From positions 38,699 through 102,698 of the forward strand of contig JANYAV010000015.1 in the NCBI GenBank assembly GCA_025361145.1: a stretch of DNA of 64,000 nt, written 5' to 3'. This document shows positions 1-10,153 of this stretch, one piece after another; position 1 is the stretch's first letter; each line of letters opens with the position of its first letter. The stretch comes from Dehalococcoidia bacterium (GTDB taxonomy: Bacteria > Chloroflexota > Dehalococcoidia > Dehalococcoidales > UBA3254). A program made the translations under genes and the position numbers. The notes under the pieces are model-generated. The model did not search any database and had not been told where the DNA came from. It saw only the letters and a list, made by a program, of their open reading frames with translations.

Positions 1-1067
1 AGGGTTTCTGCCGCTCCGTAAAACGCCATGTAACGTCCCCGCCAATCGGCGGCAGCCATCTGGCCTATCAACGTTGAACTGGTGGGGGAGAACACCATTT
101 CACCAAAAGTCAGCAGGGTGATGGCCCAGGCTGCCAGGCCGAAGGTTCCTACCCAGCTAAAAACCAGGTAACCAATACCATAAAGGAATGCTCCCAGCGC
201 CAGGGATATGTAGGGGAAACGTCCCAGAAATCTGGTAATTGGATACTGGACAGCGACGATGATCAACCCATTCAGAGTCAGAAGAAGACCGAATTGGGCT
301 TCTGAAAAACCAGCGAAACTAACAGTATAGACGGAGACAGTGGAACCTAATTGTCCCATCACCATAAAGACCAGCAGGCTTAAAAGGGTAAAAATCAATA
401 ATTCACGGTCTTTACCAGCAGCCAGAATACCGGAAAAAGGTATCCTGACCGGGTTGCGTTGCGCTGATTCTTTAAAGAAGAAAATAATGAGCAGCAAAGT
501 AAGAATACCGATAAATCCGGCAAAAGCGAAAAGCCAGGCATAATCAAGAAGCACGATTAAGATACCGCCCAGGGCTGGGCCGGCGGCAAAGCCGATGTTG
601 GTAGAGACCCGCAATAGGCTGTAGGTTTCTGCCAGCCGTTCTGGGGGCGCCAGATCGGCTACGATGGCTTGGATGGCAGGACGCTGCATGGTCAGGACTG
701 CCCTTACTACCGCGAAAGCCAATACTATCTCAATTAGCGGAGCCTGGGAACCGATAAGAGCAGCCATAATCAGATAGAGGAGGATGCCCAGCCCCACTGT
801 GATCAATAAAAAGGGCCGGCGGCCTATTCTATCGGTGATAGTTCCCCCTGCCAGTTGAGTAACCACTGAGACTAGCCCGCAAATTAGAATGATGATCCCT
901 ACCCAAGCCATAGAGACGCCGCGCACCTGATACAGGTAGAGCGTCATGAAGGGCAGGCTCATAGACCAGCTCACCCAGTTTAACAGGCCGATGATGGAGA
1001 TAACCCAAATTCCGGGTTTGAAACGGTGGAAAAAGAGACTAATTAATTGGACGGGTTTATAATTCAT
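1..1067 (-). CDS. MFS transporter (3' end runs off the window edge)
   Basis: Absent from the ORF track because there is no stop in the window. My translation from ATG at 1067..1065 gives MNYKPVQLISLFFHRFKPGIW...GGTITDRIGRRPFL, a hydrophobic multi-TM protein with the MFS D-R-x-G-R-R loop motif. Confidence 0.75.
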   Translation of the reverse strand, partial: MNYKPVQLISLFFHRFKPGIWVISIIGLLNWVSWSMSLPFMTLYLYQVRGVSMAWVGIIILICGLVSVVTQLAGGTITDRIGRRPFLLITVGLGILLYLIMAALIGSQAPLIEIVLAFAVVRAVLTMQRPAIQAIVADLAPPERLAETYSLLRVSTNIGFAAGPALGGILIVLLDYAWLFAFAGFIGILTLLLIIFFFKESAQRNPVRIPFSGILAAGKDRELLIFTLLSLLVFMVMGQLGSTVSVYTVSFAGFSEAQFGLLLTLNGLIIVAVQYPITRFLGRFPYISLALGAFLYGIGYLVFSWVGTFGLAAWAITLLTFGEMVFSPTSSTLIGQMAAADWRGRYMAFYGAAET

Positions 1068-1128
1068 ATTAGTTATGGCTTAAAAGGGGTTGCACAGCAT
1101 ATTTTACTGGAGCTTATAGCAATCGGAA

Positions 1129-1854
1129 TTATTTCTTCGCTGAATAGATTCCTGCTGCCCCGAAGAAGAGCGGTTGATAGTCCGCCTTTTGAAGGCCGTT
1201 TTGAATCAGCAGCTGAGAAAGTTCAGCCGGAGAATAGAACTTGGCGGCAGAATCACCTAGGTAGCGGTAGGCTGCTTTGTTGCCGGACAACCACCCGCCG
1301 ATCCGCGCGACGTATTGGCGCATGTAAAAGTGGTATAGGGCACGGATAAAGCCGTTGGCTGGCTGGCTGGATTCGGCGATTACACAATGCCCGTCTTTTT
1401 TTAAGACCCGCACTATTTCCGCCAGGTGGCTGGCGGCCAGCGGATTTTTATAGGTCAAATTGCGGAAGGCGAAAGAGATGCCAACGCAGTCAAAAAATTC
1501 GTCCGGGAAAGGCATTTTAGAGGCTTCTCCACTGACGAAATTTATATTTTTACCTAAAAGGGTTGAGGCCTTGGATCTAGCGATATCCAGCATGGGCTGA
1601 CTGTAATCCATGCCCCGGATTTCCACCGGGTAATCGGCCAGATAGGCGATATTGATAGCCAGATCCCCAGTTCCACAACAAAGGTCGAGAACTTTCTGGG
1701 GCCTGAAAGCTAAACAACTCAGTGCTGCTTTCTGTCGCCAATTCTTGTCCATACCCCAGGTTATGAGCCGGTTGATTAAATCATATCTGGGTGGAATATC
1801 GGTGAACATCCCATAGAGTGGACGGGAGCCAGAGGTGTTTTTGTTGTTAGTCAA
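1129..1854 (-). CDS. ubiE: Demethylmenaquinone/ubiquinone methyltransferase (UbiE/MenG family, class I SAM MTase)
   Basis: YDLINRLITWGMDKNWR and VLDLCCGTGD SAM-binding motif. Adjacent to a UbiA-family prenyltransferase. Confidence 0.8.
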   Translation of the reverse strand: MTNNKNTSGSRPLYGMFTDIPPRYDLINRLITWGMDKNWRQKAALSCLAFRPQKVLDLCCGTGDLAINIAYLADYPVEIRGMDYSQPMLDIARSKASTLLGKNINFVSGEASKMPFPDEFFDCVGISFAFRNLTYKNPLAASHLAEIVRVLKKDGHCVIAESSQPANGFIRALYHFYMRQYVARIGGWLSGNKAAYRYLGDSAAKFYSPAELSQLLIQNGLQKADYQPLFFGAAGIYSAKK

Positions 1855-1894
1855 ATTCCGACTCGCTTTTCTTCATTCTAAAAATGGTTCATTT

Positions 1895-2857
1895 TTATCG
1901 TAGAACGGGGAAAACAGTAGCCAAAATATAGCCAATGCCCATAAGCAGAGGAATACCCAATACGGTCATAACATTGGCGGCCATAGCGGGTATAAATTTT
2001 CCTAAATTGTTAAAGCCGAACGATCCGCGGATAGCTTTATAAGCCAGGGGAAGTGTCAGCAAGACCAGAAGCTCGATTTTTGGCATTATTCCCGCTATTA
2101 CCATGGCGATAATCCAGACGTAGGTTAATATCGTAAAAATGGAATAGGCTACTGCAGCTTTTCTCTTACCCGCAGTGATTGGCAGAGTTTTCCTGTCGGC
2201 GACTTTGTCGGCTTCGGCATCTGGGAATTCATTCAAGAGTAGTAAATTCAAAACTAGAAAACCAGCCGGAACGGCTGCTGCAAAAGCCGAAAATGTATAT
2301 TGTCCTGTCTGAACGAAATAGGCTCCTAATATTGGCAGTATTCCCAGCCCTAAACCCGGAGACCACTCGGGGAAGTTGGTTTTTAAAATCAGGGGAGTAT
2401 ATAAAATTATACACAACGCGGCGATGATCAGGAGGGGAAGGAGTTCCCAACCTTGAACAATCGAGAAGAAGATGCCGATAGGCACAGCCAGGAACAGGCA
2501 GATCAAACCAAACCATAATACTTGTTTCGGTGTTAATTTTTTTGCAGGCAGGAGTCCGCTACCTCCACTGAATGGAGTCCTTACAGTTTTCAGATCGACT
2601 CCGCTTTTGTAATCTACGTAATCGTTTAAAATATTGACGCTGGCATGACAAAGCAGCAGGCCTATCAAGGCGAGAATGGCATAAAATATATTGAATGAGC
2701 CGTCATACCAGGCCAGGCCTGTGCCGCCTATTATTAGGACTACTGGCAGTAAAAGAAATTGCGGCCGGGTTTCCATGAACCAGGTTTTCAGATCGAGACT
2801 CTTCTTAGTCGGCGAGGCACTTGAAACGGTCACCAAAGTCGTTTCCCTCCAAATCAA
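1895..2857 (-). CDS. UbiA-family prenyltransferase (MenA-like)
   Basis: Polytopic membrane protein with NDYVDYKSGVD (NDxxDxxxD) motif. The start may be the internal METRPQF. Confidence 0.75.
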   Translation of the reverse strand: MIWRETTLVTVSSASPTKKSLDLKTWFMETRPQFLLLPVVLIIGGTGLAWYDGSFNIFYAILALIGLLLCHASVNILNDYVDYKSGVDLKTVRTPFSGGSGLLPAKKLTPKQVLWFGLICLFLAVPIGIFFSIVQGWELLPLLIIAALCIILYTPLILKTNFPEWSPGLGLGILPILGAYFVQTGQYTFSAFAAAVPAGFLVLNLLLLNEFPDAEADKVADRKTLPITAGKRKAAVAYSIFTILTYVWIIAMVIAGIMPKIELLVLLTLPLAYKAIRGSFGFNNLGKFIPAMAANVMTVLGIPLLMGIGYILATVFPVLR

Positions 2858-2920
2858 AATCCTCCCCCTTTTGAAGAGAAGAGGATTCGTATCTATTTTA
2901 GATTGACGATTTCCAGCCTG

Positions 2921-3139
2921 CTATTTTACCACTAAAGCGACTACGGCAAGCGCGATGAATAAAACCGCCAGGATAATGGTCATCCTGAAAAGGGTTTTCT
3001 CTACCCCGCGGCGGGTCCTGTAGACAGTGTCAGCTTGCCCAAAGATACCGCCCAATCCTCCACCTTTGGCTTGAAACAGGATAGAAAGGATCAGACCTAC
3101 AGCGACGATGATTAAAGCAATATCAAAATACAATTTCAT
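2921..3139 (-). CDS. secG: Preprotein translocase subunit SecG
   Basis: 72 aa, two TM segments flanking a Gly-rich loop KGGGLGGIFGQ. Confidence 0.8.
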   Translation of the reverse strand: MKLYFDIALIIVAVGLILSILFQAKGGGLGGIFGQADTVYRTRRGVEKTLFRMTIILAVLFIALAVVALVVK

Positions 3140-3142
3140 TTA

Positions 3143-4600
3143 CTATTTCCCCTCAATCATTTTTATTAACAATTCCTGCGCGGTGTTGGCGTTGGCGCGC
3201 CCTTTAGTGGCCTTCATGACTTGACCGACCAGGAACTTAATTGCCTGTGTTTTACCGGCTTTATAATCCGCTACCGGCTGCGGGTTAGCCGCGATGATCT
3301 GAGAGATGGCAGATTCTATTTCACTGCTATCATTAATCTGGCCCAGTCCTTGTCGTTTTATGATCTCATCGGCCTGCCTGCCGCTCTTGAACATATCTTC
3401 AAAGACCTGTTTGGCACTCGTACCGCTAATATTACCTTTTTGCACTAAATCTATCAAGTGGCAAAGCTCAACGGGAGCGATCTGGCTTGAGGTAATATCC
3501 GTATTATTGGCATTCATCAGCCGGGAGAACTCACCCAGCATCCAGTTGGCCACCGCTTTAGCCTTAGCCGGCGAAGCGTCACCCAGCGTTAGGCAACTTT
3601 CAAAATATTGGGCCGTGGCTTTAGTCTCTGTTAATAGGTTAGCGTCATACAAAGGCAGTCCGTATTGGGTTATGAAGCGGTCGCGCCTGGCTTCCGGCAA
3701 CTCCGGTAATTTAGCCCTGACCGTTTCTACCCAGGCCTTATCGATATTCAAGGGTGGTAAATCAGGCTCTGGGAAATAGCGGTAATCATGGGCATACTCT
3801 TTACTGCGCTGTGAAACGGTTTTACCATCTTCTTCTACCCAACCGCGGGTTTCCTGGACAGGCAACTTGCCTTCATCGAATAGTTTAGTCTGGCGTTTGA
3901 CTTCATATTCCATGGCGCGAAAGACCGCCCGGAAGCTGTTCATATTTTTAACTTCTACTTTGGGCATTAATTCTTTAGTTTCAACCGGACGCAAAGAAAT
4001 ATTGGCATCACAGCGGAAACTGCCTTCTTCCATATTGCCGGTTGACACTCCCAGATACTGGACAATACTACGCAGTTTAATTAAATATTGCCGGGCTTCT
4101 TCCGGGGAACGCAAATCCGGTTCACCGACGATTTCCATGAGGGGAACTCCCGCCCGGTTAACGTCCACCTGGCTGAAGCTTTCTCCCAGCTCTGAAGAAG
4201 TGTGGATCATCTTGGCGGTATCCTCTTCCTGATGCACACGGGTGATGCCCACTTTCCTCTTAACTCCGTCAACCTCGATGGTTATCCAACCCTTGCCGCC
4301 GATAGGGGCGTCAAATTGAGAAATCTGGTAGCCTTTCATCAGGTCGGGGTAGGGATAGTTCTTACGGTCGAATTTGGAGTAGGTTGCCACAGGACAATTC
4401 AAAGCCAGGGCAGTCATCATGGTGAATTCGATGGCCTGACGGTTAATGGTCGGGAGAACGCCCGGCATACCCATACAGACCGGGCAGACATGAGTATTGG
4501 GAGCCGTGCTGGCATAGTCCGCGTTGCAGCGGCAAAACATCTTGCTTTTAGTTAATAGTTGGGCATGCACTTCCAGCCCGATTATCGTCTCGTATTCCAT
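3143..4600 (-). CDS. gatB: Asp/Glu-tRNA amidotransferase subunit B
   Basis: MEYETIIGLEVHAQL...CPVCMGMPGVLP N-terminus and C-terminal YqeY-like tail, 485 aa. Confidence 0.95.
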   Translation of the reverse strand: MEYETIIGLEVHAQLLTKSKMFCRCNADYASTAPNTHVCPVCMGMPGVLPTINRQAIEFTMMTALALNCPVATYSKFDRKNYPYPDLMKGYQISQFDAPIGGKGWITIEVDGVKRKVGITRVHQEEDTAKMIHTSSELGESFSQVDVNRAGVPLMEIVGEPDLRSPEEARQYLIKLRSIVQYLGVSTGNMEEGSFRCDANISLRPVETKELMPKVEVKNMNSFRAVFRAMEYEVKRQTKLFDEGKLPVQETRGWVEEDGKTVSQRSKEYAHDYRYFPEPDLPPLNIDKAWVETVRAKLPELPEARRDRFITQYGLPLYDANLLTETKATAQYFESCLTLGDASPAKAKAVANWMLGEFSRLMNANNTDITSSQIAPVELCHLIDLVQKGNISGTSAKQVFEDMFKSGRQADEIIKRQGLGQINDSSEIESAISQIIAANPQPVADYKAGKTQAIKFLVGQVMKATKGRANANTAQELLIKMIEGK

Positions 4601-4676
4601 TCATCACCTTATGACAAACAACTCTTTAGTATATCAAGATTGGAGCCTTACTGACAAGAAAATAACCTAAAAAGCT

Positions 4677-5111
4677 TTAGGTTGCAGGCATCTCAAGAAG
4701 AAACTTTTGGGCCGCTTGCCAGACCTCTTTTTCACTTTTAAAGCTGACTTTAGCCAGGGCTTCGGCGAAGGGCAGCCAGGCATACCCAATGTGCTCGAAG
4801 GAGAGTTTGACATCGCGTTTGTCAGTTTTTGCCAGGAAAAAAGTCACAGTCTTGTGGGAAAGCAGACCATTTTTTTGGTAGGTATAGTGGTTTTCCAGCT
4901 GAAATCCGGGGATCAAACAGATTTCAGCTAAACCGGTTTCTTCGTGTATTTCCCGCAGGGCGGTTTGTTCCTGAGTTTCGCCCTTTTCAACGTGTCCCTT
5001 GGCAGTCCCCCAGTGACCTTCTTCATAGTGAAGCAGAAGGAAAATGAACTCGTTTTTCTCTTTTCTAAAAATAATCGCCCCGGCAGAATGTTCTATGAGC
5101 ATTGCGACCAA
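4677..5111 (-). CDS. NUDIX hydrolase
   Basis: NUDIX box GHVEKGETQEQTALREIHEETGL. Confidence 0.85.
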   Translation of the reverse strand: MVAMLIEHSAGAIIFRKEKNEFIFLLLHYEEGHWGTAKGHVEKGETQEQTALREIHEETGLAEICLIPGFQLENHYTYQKNGLLSHKTVTFFLAKTDKRDVKLSFEHIGYAWLPFAEALAKVSFKSEKEVWQAAQKFLLEMPAT

Positions 5112-5810
5112 CTACTCAAAATTTGCCCCCGGTCTGGCTCTCCAGAAGGCCACGAAGGGATTGAAATTGGTATGATAGTCATAGACATCTGCTTTTTCGG
5201 TGCGTTTAAGATAGCTAACCACTGCGTAGGTTAAAGGTGTCAGAACTACTTCGAAAGCTACCTTGAAGATGTAGTTAGAAATGACCAGCAACCAGACAAT
5301 GTCCCAACTATAGACACCGGCGAAGGCTACCATGACGAAAATGAGGGTATCCAGGCCTTCACCAACGATAGTGGAGCCGATAGTACGGGAAAAAAGCCAG
5401 CGCCCTTTGGTAAATATTTTCATTTTTGCTAGCACGAAAGAATTGGAAAACTCCCCGGCGAAGAAGGCGATCAAGCTGCCTATAACGATCCGGGGTGTCA
5501 ATCCCAGAATCTTATTATAAGCGTCTTGATTGTCCCAGCCAGAGGCGGAGGGGAGCCAGCCAACAATGATTAAAACCAGCATCATTAACAAAGCGCTGCC
5601 AAAGCCGATCCAGATCACCTGGCGTGATTTATGGTAACCGTAGACCTCGGTCAAGATATCACCGAAAATGTAGCTAATGGGGAATAAAATAGTCCCCCCG
5701 TCGAAGGAAAGGGGGCCGAAAGCCACCAGCTTACTGGAAGCTATATTGGAGATCAATAAGACTGCCACAAACAAACCGGTGATCAGGGTGAAAAAGCGAT
5801 ATTCTTTCAT
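5112..5810 (-). CDS. yhhQ: Queuosine precursor transporter (YhhQ/VUT family)
   Basis: Multi-TM protein with FPISYIFGDILTEVYGY signature. Confidence 0.85.
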   Translation of the reverse strand: MKEYRFFTLITGLFVAVLLISNIASSKLVAFGPLSFDGGTILFPISYIFGDILTEVYGYHKSRQVIWIGFGSALLMMLVLIIVGWLPSASGWDNQDAYNKILGLTPRIVIGSLIAFFAGEFSNSFVLAKMKIFTKGRWLFSRTIGSTIVGEGLDTLIFVMVAFAGVYSWDIVWLLVISNYIFKVAFEVVLTPLTYAVVSYLKRTEKADVYDYHTNFNPFVAFWRARPGANFE

Positions 5811-5874
5811 CGGGTTAATTATAACTTACTAGATCGCGAACACCAAATTAGTAGATAAATAAGTATAATAAAAG

Positions 5875-5883
5875 TGCTATAAT
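5875..5883 (+). promoter_or_regulatory. Extended -10 element (TGcTATAAT) for cca, only 12 nt from the ATG
   Basis: gtgctataat at 5874-5883. No SD between it and ATG 5896. Confidence 0.4.
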
Positions 5884-5895
5884 TAGCGCCAAAAG

Positions 5896-7143
5896 ATGAA
5901 CAACATTAATCTAGCTAAGCAAATCAATCAGCAGTTTCCGGTTGAACTGGTTAAATTCTTACAGTTAGCCGGAGTTACTGCCGCCGGGTTGCAGCAGCGG
6001 CTTTTCCTGGTTGGTGGAGTTGTGCGCGATTTGCTGCTGGAAAGGCCAAATCTGGACCTCGATCTGGTGGTCGAGGGCGATGCCATCCGATTGGCTGAAG
6101 AGATGGCCAGGCTGGAAACCGGCAAAGTGATTGCCCGTTCCCGTTTTAACACGGCCAAAATCCGCTGGGAGCGCTGGACGGTGGATATCGCTGCCGCTCG
6201 GGCTGAATCCTATACACAGCCGGGGGCCTTGCCATCCATCCAATCTTTTTGCGATATCCAAAACGATCTGATCAGGCGTGATTTTTCCGTTAACGCGATG
6301 GCGATTTATCTAGATCCACCGCGTTTTGGCGAATTGATCGACCGCTATGAAGGGCAGGCTGATCTAAAAAGAGGCCTTATCCGCGTCCTGCATGATAAGA
6401 GTTTTCAAGATGATGCCACTCGCATCTGGCGTGCAGTTCGTTACGAACAGCGCTTGAATTTCAAAATTGAGGACCATACGCTTGAGCTAATCAAGCGAGA
6501 TATTGACTATCTTGAGACCATTAGCGGCGACCGTCTTCGTGGAGAACTGGAATTATGTCTGGAAGAGGAAAAACCGGAGAAAAGCCTGCAGAGGGCGGAT
6601 GACCTGGGAATATTGGCCAAACTTCATCCTGACCTTAAATTTGGAGAGTCATCTGCGAGGTTCTTTGTTAAAGCCCGCGGCAGGTTGGAGCCATTTTCAA
6701 TCCCGGAGGAGTTCGAACTGGCCTTGCTGGTATACGGGTTCACTCCTGAACATCTGACAGAATTTAATGTTCTTTTAAAAATTCCGAAAAGCGTGGCGCT
6801 TGTTTTACAGGAAACCCTGCAGTTAAAAAATGAGCTACCTACTCTAGCTGAAAAAGGCTTGACTGACGGTGCTGTCTATAGGCTATTACATCGTTTTCAA
6901 CAGACTGCCATCCTGGTAAATTTGTTGGCTGCTTCCTCCTATGCTGCTAAAAAGAGGATGGAATTATATTTGGCAAAACTCCAGCATGTGCGCACATTTT
7001 TAAACGGGAGAGATCTGATGTCGATGGGAATAACCGCCGGGCCCCGGGTCAAAGAAACCCTGGAGTTACTGCTAGAGGCTCGTCTTGATGGCCGGGCAAA
7101 AACCCGCGAGGAAGAAATCGAAATGGTTAAAAAAGTAGGCTGA
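5896..7143 (+). CDS. cca: CCA-adding enzyme / poly(A) polymerase family tRNA nucleotidyltransferase
   Basis: FLVGGVVRDLLL...DLDLVVEGD pol-beta nucleotidyltransferase head, 415 aa. Confidence 0.85.
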   Translation: MNNINLAKQINQQFPVELVKFLQLAGVTAAGLQQRLFLVGGVVRDLLLERPNLDLDLVVEGDAIRLAEEMARLETGKVIARSRFNTAKIRWERWTVDIAAARAESYTQPGALPSIQSFCDIQNDLIRRDFSVNAMAIYLDPPRFGELIDRYEGQADLKRGLIRVLHDKSFQDDATRIWRAVRYEQRLNFKIEDHTLELIKRDIDYLETISGDRLRGELELCLEEEKPEKSLQRADDLGILAKLHPDLKFGESSARFFVKARGRLEPFSIPEEFELALLVYGFTPEHLTEFNVLLKIPKSVALVLQETLQLKNELPTLAEKGLTDGAVYRLLHRFQQTAILVNLLAASSYAAKKRMELYLAKLQHVRTFLNGRDLMSMGITAGPRVKETLELLLEARLDGRAKTREEEIEMVKKVG

Positions 7144-7167
7144 TTCAGTGCATCAGCCTACTTTTTT
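7131..7167. terminator. Bidirectional intrinsic terminator between cca and rbr
   Basis: aaaaGTAGGCTGAttcagtgcaTCAGCCTACtttttt: 9-bp stem flanked by A-run and T-run. Confidence 0.65.
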
Positions 7168-7199
7168 ATTTGGTTGTTATCCGAATTATGCCTTGCGCT

Positions 7200-7703
7200 T
7201 TACTCTACCTTTTTAAAGGAGTTTTTGGTGGCACCGCAGATTGGGCATCTATCCGGGGCTTCACCCTCTACCGTGTTACCGCACACCTGACAAACATAAT
7301 AGGGTTTAACCGACATCTTTTTCGCGGCTTCAAGGTCTTTTAATGCCTGATGATACAGCCCGTGGTGAACCTTCTCAACTTTATTGGCCAAATCAAAGCT
7401 CGTCTCGGCTTTTTCACTTTTTTCTTTTTTGGCCTGCGCAATAAAATCGGGGTACATTTCTGTCATTTCATGATATTCACCATTAATCGCTGTCTTAAGA
7501 TTCTCGACTGTAGTCCCGATGCCTTGCAGTACCTTTAAATGGTTACGAGCATGTACTGTCTCAGCTTCAGCAGCGGCTCTGAACAATTTGGCAATTTGAG
7601 GTTGACCCTCATTATCGGCCTTTTCCGCGAAATAAGTGTACTTCCGGCTGGCCTGACTCTCACCAGCAAAGGCTGCATTCAAATTATCAATGGTGTTTCC
7701 CAT
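7200..7703 (-). CDS. rbr: Rubrerythrin
   Basis: Ferritin-like ESQASRKYTYFAEKA...AEAETVHA plus C-terminal rubredoxin CQVCG...CPICG. Confidence 0.9.
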   Translation of the reverse strand: MGNTIDNLNAAFAGESQASRKYTYFAEKADNEGQPQIAKLFRAAAEAETVHARNHLKVLQGIGTTVENLKTAINGEYHEMTEMYPDFIAQAKKEKSEKAETSFDLANKVEKVHHGLYHQALKDLEAAKKMSVKPYYVCQVCGNTVEGEAPDRCPICGATKNSFKKVE

Positions 7704-7800
7704 TTTCTCACTCCTTAATATCGATATTACACTAAATATATTATAAACAATTATTAAGTGTTGCGTTACGGTAATCAGTTTAGGGTTAGAATCGAGATTA

Positions 7801-7809
7801 TGTTATAAT
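7801..7809 (+). promoter_or_regulatory. Extended -10 element (TGtTATAAT) upstream of tsaE
   Basis: tgttataat at 7801-7809. Confidence 0.4.
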
Positions 7810-7848
7810 TTTTAACTATGAAAGTCTCTCAAATAAAGAGAATTGACC

Positions 7849-8325
7849 ATGAAATCATTAAAAATAGTTAGTCCTAATCTGGCGGAAACACAAAGCATAG
7901 GTGAAAAATTGGGACAACTGGCCCAACCGGGTGATTTGTTTTTGTTGTGCGGGAATCTGGGCGCTGGCAAGACTACCCTTACTCAGGGCATTGCCCGCGG
8001 TTTGGGCAGTTCGGACTATGCCGTGAGTCCCACCTTTGTTTTGATGCGTGAGTTGAAGGGCCGCCTTCCCCTGTATCACATTGATCTTTATCGGCTGGAT
8101 AGAATCGAAGAAATTTCCGATCTTGGCCTTGATGATTACTTATATGGTAACGGCTTGTGTGTGATCGAGTGGGCGGAAAAGGGATTGACTGTTTTGCCCC
8201 CAGAACATTTATTAATTAAAATTGATTATTTGAGCGATAACGGACGCAGTTTCGAGTTTATCCCACAAGGTAAGCGTTATCAAAAGCTGTTCGCCCAACT
8301 TAAATCGCTTTCAGCAGGTAATTAA
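7849..8325 (+). CDS. tsaE: tRNA t6A biosynthesis ATPase TsaE
   Basis: P-loop GNLGAGKTTLTQGIARGLG. The ORF track starts at TTG 7843; ATG 7849 is preferred. Confidence 0.9.
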   Translation: MKSLKIVSPNLAETQSIGEKLGQLAQPGDLFLLCGNLGAGKTTLTQGIARGLGSSDYAVSPTFVLMRELKGRLPLYHIDLYRLDRIEEISDLGLDDYLYGNGLCVIEWAEKGLTVLPPEHLLIKIDYLSDNGRSFEFIPQGKRYQKLFAQLKSLSAGN

Positions 8326-8326
8326 T

Positions 8327-9013
8327 ATGCAATTAGCTATCGATACCTCAACCGAATATGCAGGACTGGCCCTGGTGCGGGAGAATGAAGCTCTGGCCGA
8401 GATTAACTGGCGCTGCGGGCTTAACCATACCGTTGAACTGTATCCGCACCTGGACTTTTTAATGAAAAGCGCCAGGGTGGAGATGAAAGACCTGGATTGT
8501 ATCATCGTGGCGCTGGGGCCCGGCAGTTTCAACGGACTGAGGGTCGGTGTCAGCGCGGCCAAAGGATTGGCCTTGAATTTGAATATCCCCATCATCGGCG
8601 TCGGGACTCTGGAGGCCACCGCGTATCAGCATGCTGAAACTGGGCTGCCGATCTGTGCGGTGCAAAATGCGGGCAGAGAAGAGATCGCAGCCGCTTTATA
8701 TCAACTCAAGCCGCGCAAAGGTTGGATTGAAATAAAAGAAGAGCATATTACTACTCCTGCCGCACTGGCTGGAACGGTTAAAGAGACTACCCTTTTTTGC
8801 GGTGAAATGAAACCGGCTGTCGCTCTAAAACTGAAGCAATTATTGAAATCTAAAGCTATGATTCCCGCTCCCGCCGCACAAATGAGACGAGCATTTTATC
8901 TGGCCGAAATGGGATTGAAGCGCCGAGCTGCAGGACACTTCGATAACCTGGCTATCTTGCAGCCGGTTTATCTAAGGCGGCCGCCGATTACTGAACGCCG
9001 CAAACCTTTTTAG
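8327..9013 (+). CDS. tsaB: tRNA t6A biosynthesis protein TsaB
   Basis: LAIDTST...GPGSFNGLRVG motif. Translationally coupled to tsaE. Confidence 0.9.
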   Translation: MQLAIDTSTEYAGLALVRENEALAEINWRCGLNHTVELYPHLDFLMKSARVEMKDLDCIIVALGPGSFNGLRVGVSAAKGLALNLNIPIIGVGTLEATAYQHAETGLPICAVQNAGREEIAAALYQLKPRKGWIEIKEEHITTPAALAGTVKETTLFCGEMKPAVALKLKQLLKSKAMIPAPAAQMRRAFYLAEMGLKRRAAGHFDNLAILQPVYLRRPPITERRKPF

Positions 9014-9021
9014 GAGAAGAT

Positions 9022-9465
9022 ATGGAAACCTGGCCTAAGATTGAGATAGACCGACAAGACAGTTACGATATGTGCTTTGGCTGCGGCAAGGCCAATCCGG
9101 CTGGGCTTAAGTTAAAATTCGCCTGGGATGAAAATACCAAAACTGCCAGCGCGGAATTTTTTGCTGCTGAACATCTGCAGGGCTGGCCCGGCTATTTGCA
9201 CGGCGGCATTACTTCCTGTGTGCTGGATGAGGCCATGGGTTGGGCTGCTTTATTAGCTGGTTCGCATTGTGTGACCGCTAAAATGCAGATCAGGTTCCGC
9301 CGCATGGTGCCCATCGGACAAAAATACCTATTGAGCTGCCGCGTTACTAAACAAAATACCCGTTTAATTGAGACTGAAGCTGTAATGGCCGATCTTTCCG
9401 GTAATGTTTTTGCCGAGGGAACAGGGACTCAATTTGTCGTTAAACCCGGAGGAGGGCAGAAATAA
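9022..9465 (+). CDS. PaaI-family hotdog thioesterase
   Basis: FGCGKANPAGLKLKF...YLHGGITSCVLDEAMGWA. Confidence 0.8.
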   Translation: METWPKIEIDRQDSYDMCFGCGKANPAGLKLKFAWDENTKTASAEFFAAEHLQGWPGYLHGGITSCVLDEAMGWAALLAGSHCVTAKMQIRFRRMVPIGQKYLLSCRVTKQNTRLIETEAVMADLSGNVFAEGTGTQFVVKPGGGQK

Positions 9466-10137
9466 ATGACTGAAAAACCTGGCCAGGCCATTATTTGGGA
9501 TATGGATGGGGTTATTGCTGACACGGGCATTTATCACTACCGGTCCTGGCAGTTTGCTTTTAAAAAGCAGGGAATTGACTTCACCGAAGATGATTTCAAG
9601 CGAATTTTCGGCCAAAGGAATGATGCTATTATTGTTCAGACCATGGGAAGAGAAATGACTTCGGCTGAAATCGACAGTATAGCCGGAGACAAAGAAACTT
9701 TTTTCCGTGATGCAGTGAAATCTCAGGTCAGACCCTTTCCGGGGGTAGTGGATTTGCTGAAAATATTGAAAACTCATGGTGTAGGCGCCGCGATTGCTTC
9801 CTCAGCCCCGTTGAAAAATATAGAATTAATTTTAAGTGAGATTGGTATAACTGGCTTTTTTCAGGCCATAGTCTTCGGCCGCGAAGTAGCTGAAGGCAAA
9901 CCCAGTCCACAGGTCTATCTTAAAGCTGCCCAAAAATTGGGGGTGGAACCCAACAATTGTGTTGTTATCGAGGATGCGGTGGCTGGTGTTGAAGGCGCTA
10001 AGCGGGCGGGAATGCGCTGCATCGCCGTTACCAATACTCACGAAGCCGCCGGTTTAAGCCGGGCCGATCTGGTAGTGGATTCATTGGAAAAAGTGGGAAT
10101 TTGTGATTTAGAGCAGTTATTTAATATGAAAAATTAA
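9466..10137 (+). CDS. HAD-superfamily hydrolase (beta-phosphoglucomutase-like)
   Basis: IIWDMDGVIADT motif I, SSAP motif II, EDAVAGVEGAKRAGM motif IV. Confidence 0.85.
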   Translation: MTEKPGQAIIWDMDGVIADTGIYHYRSWQFAFKKQGIDFTEDDFKRIFGQRNDAIIVQTMGREMTSAEIDSIAGDKETFFRDAVKSQVRPFPGVVDLLKILKTHGVGAAIASSAPLKNIELILSEIGITGFFQAIVFGREVAEGKPSPQVYLKAAQKLGVEPNNCVVIEDAVAGVEGAKRAGMRCIAVTNTHEAAGLSRADLVVDSLEKVGICDLEQLFNMKN

Positions 10138-10153
10138 TTAATAAGGAGATCAA

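Noticed and set aside
3143-4600. Co-occurrence of gatB with a bona fide glnS (21298..22989) as an anomaly
   Set aside because: It is established that organisms with GlnRS can retain GatCAB for Asn-tRNA(Asn) formation (for example Deinococcus and Thermus), so this is not unusual.
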